Of a DNA stretch of 64,000 nucleotides, positions 14,158-25,603 are shown in pieces. Position 1 is the stretch's first letter, and each line of letters begins with the position of its first letter. Origin of the DNA: Trichoplax sp. H2. Lineage: Eukaryota. The DNA lies in the NCBI GenBank assembly GCA_003344405.1, contig NOWV01000203.1:62001-126000 (forward strand), in the 5' to 3' direction. The position numbers were made by a program, and so were the translations under genes. The notes beneath the pieces were generated by a model. The model had not been told where the DNA came from and did not search any database. It was given only the letters and a program-made list of their open reading frames with translations.

Positions 14158-15663
14158 CTAGCGACGCTTAATCTTGATCCATATACCGTCTGTTGGTTGG
14201 CTTATGACTGAATAATATCGAGTTACTTGTCGAGCTGGATCTAACTCTATTTCGTAATTGTATATAATCTTGGCTAAAACAATTTTAAGTTCTTCTAACG
14301 CAAAATTCTTTCCAATACAATTACGTGGACCTGCAGAAAACGGGATATAATCATATGCATCTCGTTTTTGGATATTCTCTTCTGAGAAACGTAACGGATT
14401 AAAACGGTCTGGTTCAGGCCAAATTTCTGACCTGCGAGCGAGAATATACAGTTGTATAACGATATGTGTACCAGGTGGTAATACTTTACCGTTTATTTCA
14501 ACGTAATCGTCTAATTTCCTTTCAATATTCGGTACAACAGCATATAAACGCATGGCTTCTTTAATACACATTAACGTATAGGCTAATTTATTATTTAAGT
14601 CGTCCCACTCTAAATCATCTTTATGATTTAATATAGCATCGGCCTCTTCTCTAACTTTAGCTTGATGCTCGGGATTCTTTGCTAAGCAATATAGCGTCCA
14701 CGATAACGCACTCGAGGTCGTATCATGGCCAGCAAACATAAATGTATTAATTTCATCATTGATTTCTTTGTCACTTAAGCAATTACCATCCTCATCACGT
14801 GTTTGTAAAATAATATCAATAAAATCCAAACGGCGCTTTTGATTACTGTCATACTGATTTGTATTTTCTTTCAAGAGTTGCCTTTTTTCACGAATAATTT
14901 TCTCTGTAAATTGATGGACGAATTTACAAAGTCGATAATATCGTCTACCACTTTCCGTTAATCGATATAACCAATCGACGTAACCTGTTATCCGAAATAA
15001 TCTTTCTGTAATTAGATAACTTAATTGATAAACAGCATTGACATACGGATGTCTTTCATGAGCTGTTTGACAATCGATTTTAAGTGAAAAAGCACTTTGC
15101 AAGATAACATCGAAGGCTAATAATTTCATATCTTCGTACAAATTGAAACTAGCATGATTGTCGGCATGCTTATTCCATTTCTGTATAAGAACATCGGTAC
15201 AGCGATTATGTATGGAAACGTATGACTTTAATATATCGAAATGGAACGCATTCGTTAATAATCTTCTATTTCTACCCCATTTATTACCATTAACGACGAT
15301 TAATCCATCACCTAGCCATGTTTTAAGCCAAGCATAACTCCAATCTCCTTTTGGCGCGGACGATTTAATAATAGTTCGAGCTGCATCAGCGTTATTACAG
15401 AATAGAAAGGGATAGAGGCCATACCAGTGAACGAAACAAGTCTTATACTCGGTAGATCGCTTTTCAAGCATTTGAACACATTGCTCGTTAGGTTGAGTTA
15501 ACTCTTTTAAATGGCCGAAAAACCAATGCTTGGGAGGACTAGGGAATTGCTTGAGCGCCTTACATATTTCAAGATACTGGCGAATATCATCTCTTCGCTG
15601 TAATATTAAACTAACAACAAGGACTATAAATATAGTCAATAATGTGATAAAAATAGATATCAT
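14158..15663 (-). CDS. Cytochrome P450, CYP4 clan, intronless
   Basis: N-terminal TM anchor, I-helix EINTFMFAGHDTT, ExxR (KEAMR), FNPLRF and heme motif PFSAGPRNCIG. The first ATG is at 15663; the ORF track starts at an upstream TTG. Confidence 0.95.
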   Translation of the reverse strand: MISIFITLLTIFIVLVVSLILQRRDDIRQYLEICKALKQFPSPPKHWFFGHLKELTQPNEQCVQMLEKRSTEYKTCFVHWYGLYPFLFCNNADAARTIIKSSAPKGDWSYAWLKTWLGDGLIVVNGNKWGRNRRLLTNAFHFDILKSYVSIHNRCTDVLIQKWNKHADNHASFNLYEDMKLLAFDVILQSAFSLKIDCQTAHERHPYVNAVYQLSYLITERLFRITGYVDWLYRLTESGRRYYRLCKFVHQFTEKIIREKRQLLKENTNQYDSNQKRRLDFIDIILQTRDEDGNCLSDKEINDEINTFMFAGHDTTSSALSWTLYCLAKNPEHQAKVREEADAILNHKDDLEWDDLNNKLAYTLMCIKEAMRLYAVVPNIERKLDDYVEINGKVLPPGTHIVIQLYILARRSEIWPEPDRFNPLRFSEENIQKRDAYDYIPFSAGPRNCIGKNFALEELKIVLAKIIYNYEIELDPARQVTRYYSVISQPTDGIWIKIKRR

Positions 15664-16769
15664 CTCGTTAACGTTACAATATAGCAATTATTTCTGAGAT
15701 AAAGAGCAGAAAGTGAAAGAAAATGTCTAATGGTTATGACCACGTCTGGTAAAGTAAGTTGTACAAGTTACACCATCCTCAGACCGCTTTTGTACTAATA
15801 TTGACAAGCTAATTTTACACATGGCGCTGATTTAGCCCATAGTAGACTTGCATAGCAGTTATACTATGATACTGTAGAAATAAGTATTACGATGTTTGAT
15901 GTATAAATCGATATGTAGCGAATAGTATAGCCTCTAATCAACTTATTAATATGTAATTTATTCTGTATCTCTTTTGTTATTTAGGATTCTTTTGTATATC
16001 GTCAATAATATGGCGAAAACCGATATCATCTTGTCACGGTTGCAAATTCATAATTCTTTCCTTAATTAAAAGTTTGCGAAAAGCGAAAGATTATGCCTGA
16101 AACCATGACTGATAGAATAAACTACACATACCAATAACGCTTTCTTCAGACTATTTTTGTACTCGTCGAAACAATCTAATTGCCACTCATCGCGTTTGTA
16201 TAACCTTCACTAGATTGGAGTAGCAACTTTTCTCTATTGCTGTAGGAATAGTTATTACTTTTACTCTCGATATAACAAATTAAAAGTCAGATACAAAAGA
16301 CAGAATGGATATTACAATTGTTAATTTCGATTCCTCTCAAGCATCCCAGATAGAACTATAAATATTCCATTCCCTATTCTACTCATTAGACAACTAGACC
16401 ACATATCACGAGCAGCAGGATTCAAAGCAATTTATTACTAGCCTTGAAAAACATGTAGTCATCCATTTAATTTCCTCTTTCTATGCAACAAATGATACGC
16501 ATGTATGTTATATATATATATATATCTTAGCATATATATAATAATTAATTTAAATTGTAGCGAATTATTATATAAATATATAAATACATATATATTATCT
16601 GATATGTTATATATATATAAGCCGAGATCGTAGAGGTCTCATAAAGTCTCATATGGAGTAAGACTTCCGGACGGACGCAAGAGCAAGCATCTTCACAGTG
16701 CAAGGCTTCAGTATATTAGTTTGGGTACTGTAAGAGTGAGACAGAAGTCCTATCTGAGATCTCTGCAAG

Positions 16770-17991
16770 ATGGCATCCAAAACGATTGCGAATATGGCTG
16801 GTAGAGTACCTATTAGCACATTTTCAAAGCAAAAACAAGTCCAACACATGATCAAGAAATTGACAATCTTCGATGCTGAAATGGCATATATTGATACAGG
16901 TAGTTATGACTCAGAACTGTTCATTCTAGAAGTAGAATACAGTAATCACTTCAGATTGTACATTAATTTTGACAAGGGAATAAACTGTGATGAGCCTAGC
17001 TGTAGCTTATGTTGTTATCCAAATTTAACGTCAAAGTAATTATTCAACATAATAATCAATCATGGATTACTACAAATTCAATCTTAAAGTATTCAATTGG
17101 AAAGCTTGCATGAATAATATGTTATAAGAATGAAATTGTGAACTTCGATTTCTAATATGATGATGTCAATTCTCAATCTTAGGTTCTGGTCGAGGTGATC
17201 CTGTAGTTTTCTTTCATGGCAACCCGACTTCAACTTATCTTTGGCGGAACATTATTCCTATTGTGAGCGATCAATATCGATGCCTAGCACCCGATCTTGT
17301 TGGTATGGGCAACTCGACAAAGATTGTATCAGAGTATCGTTATGCCGATCATTACAATTATATCGAGCAGTGGATGGATCAAGTCCTACCCAGTGGTAGG
17401 GTCAATATTGTATGCCATGATTGGGGCTCTGGAATCGCTTTCAATTGGTGTTATAGGCATCCAGAACGTGTCAACAGTATCGTCTTTATGGAAGCCTTAG
17501 TTGGACCATCGTCTTGGAAAGGATTTCCATCAATTTCACGTAAGGCATTCCAGCGACTACGATCAAAAGAAGGTGAAAAGATGGTACTTGATGACAACTT
17601 TTTTGTAGAAAAACTCTTACCTCTCAGTATCATGCGTAAACTCAGTGACGAAGAGATGGAATGTTATCGTCGACCTTTCGTACAAATGGGGGAAGCACGC
17701 CGACCTACCTTGACATTTCCTCGAGAGATTCCATTTAGAGAAGATGGTCCAGCAGATGTTTTCGAAATTGTCGTAAACTATTCCAAATGGTTATCCAAAA
17801 GTACCGTACCTAAATTATGCATACTTGCTGAGCCTGGCTTTTTCTCCAAGGGAATTCAAAAGTTTACATCAGCGTGGAACAATCAACGTTTTGCTACAGT
17901 CAAAGGATTGCATTTCTTGCAAGAAGATTCACCAGAAGAAATTGCTCAACTTATTCTCGATTTTCTGCCATCCTTTCATTCGAGATTATAG
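16770..17991 (+). CDS. Haloalkane dehalogenase / Renilla luciferase-family alpha/beta hydrolase, copy 1 (exons 16770-16899, 17183-17991)
   Basis: FHGNPTSTYLWRN, APDLVGMG, nucleophile HDWG, acid FME, base GLHFLQED. One phase-1 GT-AG intron. Ends in SRL. Confidence 0.93.
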
Positions 17992-18429
17992 TTAGGAAGA
18001 GTACAAACGATCGAAAGTTTCTTGTCAACATCTGTCATTCTATCATTTATAGAATCACGGTTGTATTTTAATTTCTGGCCTAGCTGTGCTGTTAATAACA
18101 TTAATGGCACGGCCTAGTCTAGCTATTAGTCAGAATGGAATTGCTTGTAACGTTAAACAAAGTGTTGCAATCTAGCGTAGCAAAGTAATTACGCACTTTT
18201 AATGCTGCTATCCAGCTAAAAATTTTATATTCCCATTATTAGTCCATTATTTTGTATACGTATGTATAGTATAACATAAGCGTTGGGAGATAATGCAATT
18301 TTTACTTGATATGTTAACTGTTATGATGATGAAATTGGCTCTATAATGCTAGCCATTTTTGTAATAATAATACAAAATTTAGAAAGCAGGTCAAGCCTGG
18401 CCCATTAAAGTGAATGGTTTGCATCAATG

Positions 18430-18742
18430 TCGTCATTGTGTAGCTTAATTTGTTTTATTTTTTAAGGCGGATTTTATTAATCCATTTGGTATACTGCTAA
18501 TGGTAAAGGAAGAATGAGAAGTGAAAGGACCTGTGCTTGCTTAGTTATTATTGATGTTGTAGTTAGAAGTTAAAGTACTTGAGCTTTGTTTAGTTTAATT
18601 CGTTTTATTTTATAAGACGGATTTTATTTATCCAGTTGGTATACTGCTAATAGTAAAGTAAGAATGAGAAGTGAAAGTACCTGGGCTTACTTAGTTATTA
18701 TTGATGTTGTAGTTGGAAGTTCAAGTACTTGTGCTTGCTTAG
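18430..18742. repeat. Two tandem copies of a ~150-bp unit
   Basis: gaatgagaagtgaaag occurs at 18512 and 18662, and the flanks are similar. Confidence 0.85.
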
Positions 18743-19429
18743 TCCTTCTTCTCATGATGCGCGTATCATTCATGAGCGAAAGGCAGTTTACGCCGAGCTT
18801 TATCCTTTTAAGGTTAACCATGAAGAGGTTCTATTTGATCTGCTGTAGAAAGCGTATAAGACTAGTTCTCTGCATTTTCTTAGGAACACTTTAATGCACT
18901 AGCATTTTATCTATTCAAAGCGCAGACATAAATAATTACTATAAGCATTGCATACAGCCATGAAGGTGTATACGCAGGTAGGTAGACAAGGTCAAGGAAG
19001 TTGATGGGAATGCCTGTGCAATTTCGATCGACTTTAATCTCTATTTTGGACCATCGTCATTTGTAATAATTAATCAATATATATACGCATACTACAACAT
19101 AGATCGTATAAATAAATTGAAGATCGCGACTCGTGACCTTACGCATCCACAACATTAACTGAAGACTGACAAGCATTTTGGCTACGATTGAGACATCGTC
19201 GTCTCTGCTTTTATTAATACTTGTCCTGTATTTCTAATAAAATATTATTGGTACAAGATCTTAGCCTATTCTAAGCTATGTCCAGAACAACTGTGTATCC
19301 TCAATTTGTTAAGAAATCGGTAGTTCTTTTCGCCATTGTAAGATTTCGCGACTTCAATTTGATCAATTTGTTAAAATTAGCGAAACACTATCTTACTGTA
19401 TCTCACAAAGTGCTTATCTTCAGAGAATT

Positions 19430-20305
19430 ACTAAATTAGTTAATACTGAAGGAATCTTAAAATTGAAGCGACACAACAGCCATTGATGACAGAATGGAGG
19501 CATTAATAATCTTACATTTGCCTACTCAAGGCTCCGGTAGTCCAGTCGCTAAGATATCCTTCCAATTCGACATACTATCAATTATTACAGATTTGCAGTT
19601 CAAGTACTACAGTAGAGTATTACTTAATTAATTAATTAATACTAAAGGAATCTTAAAATCGACGCGGCACTACAGCCATTGATGACAGACTGGAGATATC
19701 AATAACCTTGCATTTGCCAACTCAAGCCTTCAGTGGTCCCAGTCGCTACGATATCCTTCCAAATCGATATACTATCGATTACTATCAATCATCGCAGATT
19801 CGCAGTCCAAGTACTAGAGTATTACTTAATTAGTTAACACTGAAGGAATCTTCAAAATAGATGCGGCACTGCAGCCATTGATGACAGAATGGAGGCATCA
19901 ACAATCTTGCATTTGCCTACTCAAGCCTCCAGTGGTCCCAGTCGCTATGATATCCTTCCAATCTGACATACTATCAATTACTATCAATCATCGCAGATTC
20001 GCTGTCCAAGTACTAGAGTATTACTTAATTAGTTAATACTGAAGGAATCTTCAAAATTCTATCAATCATCGCAGATTCGCAGTCCAAGTACTAGAGTATT
20101 ACTTAATTAGTTAATACTGAAGGAATCTTCAAAATAGACGCGGCACTACAGCCATTGATGACAGATTGGAGGCATCAATAATCTCGCATTTGCCTACTCA
20201 AGCCTCCAGTGGTCCCAGTCGCTAAGATATCCTTCCAATCTGACATACTATCAATTACTATCAATCATCGCAGATTCGCAGTCCAAGTACTAGAGTATTA
20301 CTTAA
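19430..20305. repeat. Tandem array of a ~197-bp unit (four full copies and one internally deleted copy)
   Basis: An aattagttaatactgaaggaatc-like start recurs near 19434, 19632, 19828, 20027 (deleted copy) and 20105. Confidence 0.9.
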
Positions 20306-20852
20306 TGTAGTGATGCACCCTATATTTGCTTGTAGCGATAGCTATATTTGATTGTGTTGCGTACTATATTTAGAATAGTTAAGTTTCTAAAAATAGATAT
20401 TCTTGTGCTGCTAGATTTAGGTGACTGGTAACTACTATATTAGAAAGTGTTATTCACTAATATAGCTGTTAACTAATTATGGTACAGGACGTTATACGAC
20501 TTGAAATACTAAGATTGTAAAGATGCCCAATACCTTACGGTGTTGGACATTAATGGTAAAGTAATAATATTGTAAGCAATTTGATTAATACTGTAAAATG
20601 TAGTGATGATTCATGTCTGATTGTAGACGATGTTATTGCCTTAAATAGATTCAGAGAAAAGTATATAAGGTGTACAAATCTGAGCGTAAAGGGGGAGAAA
20701 AGATTTGATATCTAATTGAGCTCAGATTACTTTAGACTAGATTCTTGTGAGTAATTAATTATTGCTGTACCATTCTTTAGAACCTTGTAATAAAAAGCTT
20801 TTATAGTACTGGATTCCTCTGTGGACTAAAATTACTGTGAAAACGATATTAC

Positions 20853-21045
20853 ACTTAATTAGTTAATACTGAAGGAATCTTCAAAATAGACGCGGCACTG
20901 CAGCCATTGATGACAGAATGGAGGCATCCATAATCTCGCATTTGCCTATTCAAGCCTGCAGTAGTCCAGTCGCTAAGATATCCTTTCAATCCGACATATT
21001 ATCAATTACTATCAATCATCGCAGATTCGTAGTCCAAGTACTGTA
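20853..21045. repeat. Detached copy of the ~197-bp unit
   Basis: Same unit sequence, separated from the array by about 550 bp of unrelated DNA. Confidence 0.88.
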
Positions 21046-22091
21046 GTGTGCAAAATAATCGTCTTGCCTTGAACTCCAATTTGCATACTATATGCTGCGG
21101 AATAAACAGAGGCCAAGCAATTACTTTTGCAAAATACAAAATGCAATAGCTCCAAGGGCGTGGTGTCGGTGTATCCGAAAATAATAATAACATGGAGTTA
21201 TTAACATAGAATAATGTATGCAGAAAATTGACAAATAGGTTGATAATTTATTTATGACTAGAGTTTGCAAACAGATCGCCATTGGATCGACGTAACATTA
21301 GCCTTTAACGCATGATTGTCATACGATTGTTCAGCTAGCGCTTAAAGGTATTCCAGCTACTACTCCTTGATTTCTTACCACACGTCGGTAACATTGCTCC
21401 TACCGAAAACTCGTTTATTTCTAGTTTCCAACTGTTAAACTTATCAATCGAACCGCTAATCTCCTTCTCTCTTGTGGCTGTAAGTACCCCCTGAATTAAC
21501 TAAGAGCTCTCGATTGCTGCACTTGCCAATAATCTTTCGTTAGTATCCATTTTGACTACCGTTATAATAGTAAGAATCAACATAAATCAATAAACGGTCA
21601 TGTACGTCTTATAGTATAGTACTGCATAGGTCATGACCTTACCTATTCACTAAGTAAAGCCAAGAATCGCAAACATTTTTCACTAGAAACACATTTCATT
21701 TTGGCCATTTTACTTTAGCTCGCAGGTTGGTAAAGTCATGATGGACTATCATATAAATCAAATTAGTTTAGAATACAGTGAATTTCCGGTGGTGAATAAT
21801 ACACACGCCGAAAATCTGTTAGTGCACGAGTGATAATAGGAGATGATCTTAATTTTTCAACCCTCAACAGCTGCATCAAATCGTACCACATTAGGATTTT
21901 TAGTAGTTCTAGAATCTAGATACTGTGACAAAGAAACACATTATTCAATCTTGAGGCGTTTTTTTTTTTCTTCTGGTGTTGTAACTACTTGACTAGTTTA
22001 ACAGTTTTATTAGACAAGCAGTAAAATTTGACCGATAACTTATAACGTAATCTTCCTATCTTTCCTAGGTGTTTCTTATTGACGCTCGAAG

Positions 22092-23698
22092 ATGGATACG
22101 AAATCTGTTTGCCCAATCAGTACGTTTTCTACTGATCAAAGTGTTCAACATATGATTAAAAAGTTGAAGGTCTTGAATGCAGAGATAGCTTATGTGGATA
22201 CAGGTAATATAAAAAGAATAAAAAAAAGATTTAGTATAATAGAGCAAAATTAATTACCTACAATGCTTTGCTTTGTAGTTTGCACATCGGATGCGTACGT
22301 ATATGGCTATTAGGGTGTTCAATTGTTGAAAGCCCCTATATTTTTGATCTACATACCTATCCAAGTTCTTTAGAATGCAGTATGTATTAAGAGAAATTAT
22401 AGGAGCATTCAAAACATAACAACTTTTTCTTTTTTACTCATACCCTGCCTGAGTCCTTGACCCATTAATAAAACATAAATGTTACAGAATACACGCAATG
22501 CTTTACGAGTATAAAGCCATATTTTAATCCATACACATCACCAAAACACAACTGTAGGAAGCTACTGTTCAGATTGTTACAAAGTATAAGTCAATGATTT
22601 AGAATTGCTAGACTTTTGCACGACTTTTTTATTATTGCACAATACGAGTATTTATATATACGAGGTTATAGCCTGACCTAGTTTATATGTTGATATATTT
22701 TGCAAGATTTTGCTGTCCTACACGAAAAGGAACTGACAGCTTAATTGTCCTTATTATTTTAAAATCGTTTATCTACTGTAGATATAGCTGTATCTGCTAG
22801 TGTCGCATTAACGTGATCAGTCAATAAAGTAGCAGTTTAAACAGTGCGTAATGGAGCTGTGTTTTCTTAAACTATCATTATTACAGGTGCTGGTAATGGT
22901 TATCCAGTCTTGTTCTTTCATGGCAACCCTACATCAAGTTATTTATGGCGTAATGTTATTCCACTGGTTAGTAAACAATTTCGATGCCTTGCCCCTGATC
23001 TTGTTGGTATGGGTAATTCAAGCAAAGTAACGACAGGCTATCGAGTCATTGACCACCATAGATACATTGATCAATGGATGGATCAAGTTTTACCCACTGG
23101 CAAGGTAAATATTGTCTGCCATGATTGGGGTACAAACATTGCTTTCAACTGGTGCCGTAGACATCCTGAGCGAGTAAATTGCATTGTTCATATGGAAGGC
23201 ATGGTTTTGGTTGGATCATGGAAGTTTGCCAAACCAGACTTTGCTAAAACCTTTAAAGCATTGAGAACGCCTGACATTGGCGAAAAAATGGTACTCGAAA
23301 AGAATATGTTTGTTGAACAGTTATTACCATCAAGTATTATGCGTAAATTAAGCGAAGAAGAAATGCAATGTTATCGACAACCATTTGTTACTCCCGGTGA
23401 AAGCCGTCAACCGATGTTGTCATTCCCTCGCGATATTCCTTTTGTAGAAGATGGTCCAGAAGATGTGGCTGAAATTGTCAACTCATATATCAAATGGCTT
23501 TCTGAGACACCAGTGCCTAAACTATGTATCCTTGCTGAGCCTGGCGTCTTCTCTCCTAATATCGAACGTGCTACAAAGTCGTGGAAAAATCAACAGTTTG
23601 CAACTGTTAAAGGCCTACATTTTATGCAAGAAGATTCACCTACTGAAATTGCAGAGCTTGTCATTAATTTTTTATCATCGGAATCCTCTAAAATGTAG
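22092..23698 (+). CDS. Haloalkane dehalogenase / Renilla luciferase-family hydrolase, copy 2 (exons 22092-22203, 22887-23698)
   Basis: Exon 1 MDTKSVCPISTFSTDQSVQHMIKKLKVLNAEIAYVDT matches copy 1 and the intron position is the same. Motifs HGNPTSSYLW, HDWG, HME and GLHFMQED. Ends in SKM. Confidence 0.93.
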
Positions 23699-25603
23699 AT
23701 TGATTGTTTCAGCCAAATGTTGAATAATTGCACGTTAACATAGTAGCTGCAGTATAGCAATTTCCGCTCGTATCGTGGACAGGCAATCTGTATAGATGTA
23801 ATGTAGCTAGACATTGTGTATTTAGTAGTTTAATGTGTGTACGTATGCTCTCTATATGGCTATGCTTTTTATCGATGTTAGCCAAACTTTGTCTTTGGTT
23901 GGTTCTAAAGTACAAATCTAATTAATCCTGGATTAACATTGTGCCTGCTATGGTCACACGTACAAATTGTAGTATAGTTCCTATTGCTAATTGCTGATAG
24001 TGTAGAAATGTTACAATTAAATTCGGATAAAACCCATATATAAATTACATGAGCTATTTGCAGCTGACAGACCCCGTTTTTCCAAGTAAAAAACTGTATG
24101 GCAATGAGATTGAAAATAAACGCAATAATTGTAATCAATTCTACCCTTAATGAATACTAATCTTTAACAAGGATTTTATGACAAGATATTGCAACTATTT
24201 TAGCAGAAACTGCAGAAGGCGCTGACGTAATCAAAATTTAGCCACTAAATCCTTGTACTGTATTGAGCGTACCTTTCCATGTCGGACATATCAAATGTAG
24301 GAGAGTCCACGATAGTACTACTACATTGCATGACGAGCTATATCTAGCTCAAGGAGAGAAAATTGAGTACAAAGTTATTCTACCAATACTAGTAATAAAG
24401 TTAAGTTCAATAGCCGATTAAAGGTGCATTATATTTACCAATCATCAACAAGCTCTAGATCGTACGCTACATGCATTCTTTCTACAAAGTCAATTCAAAT
24501 AAAACTACTGACCATTTCAGATTAAGGTAAAACTCGGAGTAAACGTTGAGTATGATCCTATTTGTATGGAAGAAGTAGTAGCAAGGTGTACATTTCGCCT
24601 TCTTGACTACAATACCAAGTCTAATGATTGCATTTAATGGAATAGTCCATATCGAAGTACACCAGCCAATAATGTTTATTATTATTAGATAGTAAATTTC
24701 AGTTGCAAATTTATCTCATACATACATATACACATTCGAATATATCTGTTGGCAGTGTATGTACACAGTTAAAGTAAAAATATGTTTTGGCATTGTAGAG
24801 CACCAACATTAGTAGTTCAATACACTATACAGTACAAATTTAGAAACGTACTATGCACTACTGATAGAAGTGCACGCTATAGGTACTTTATAGCTGTACT
24901 GGTGACTACCAAATGACGTTGCAGCAGGTCTATTCGGCTAATTATGAACATTTTCCGCGTTAAAATACTCATCAGACTCAATCTCGAAGACGACTATAAC
25001 GATCTGGAATATTATTTAAAATTTTACACAGAATTACAACAGAAGGAAAATAATATTGAAGAAGAATTACTAATTAAGATTAATAGCAAATGCCTTACTG
25101 TTGTACTACATACTGTAATTTTAAAGGCACATACATATTTTTTAATAACTACGGATTAGTTATAGTATATCAAGTCAACTAACTAAGCTTAAGTAATCAG
25201 TGTCGAAAAAAGCCAATGTCATTTTAATCACAGTCCGATGTATATTTATAATGCTTTTATCATTATCGCTCCAACTAATACCAGACCCTTGTGGGTTTAC
25301 ATGTCCTTTAACCTTTAACTTATCAAAGATATGGACTGTATTCCCTATACAAATGTGATCTGATTACAGCTCTACTAACACATAGATAGATATAAATGTC
25401 CATGATGCATCAAGACTGTACAAAATCAATACAATTTTAAGCTATAAATGAATATACGTATTCTATTGTTAAATACGTGCATACTTCAGCTGGAACATAA
25501 AATTTTGAGAGGCATAGTTTCTAATTAATACTTGCTTGCCAAACTCTGCAATAGCGGCTTAATTAAAAGAAATGATCCACTCTATCTCAAGTATAATTAA
25601 AAG

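Noticed and set aside
16500..16620. AT-dinucleotide-rich tract between the CYP and dehalogenase genes
   Set aside because: Ordinary low-complexity microsatellite.
19430..20305. Tandem repeats as CRISPR array, retrozyme or C/D snoRNA cluster
   Set aside because: No unique spacers and a eukaryotic context. TTGATGA is present, but there is no hammerhead CUGAUGA...GAAA core, and the candidate box D CTGA is not conserved across units.
16770..23698. Bacterial contamination or symbiont origin of the dehalogenase genes
   Set aside because: Both have a spliceosomal intron at the same position and host-like base composition, and sit among eukaryotic genes.
24150..25160. Short protein-like stretches downstream of dehalogenase copy 2, including ORF 24944-25159
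   Set aside because: Interrupted by stops, with no recognisable motif and no consistent splice model.
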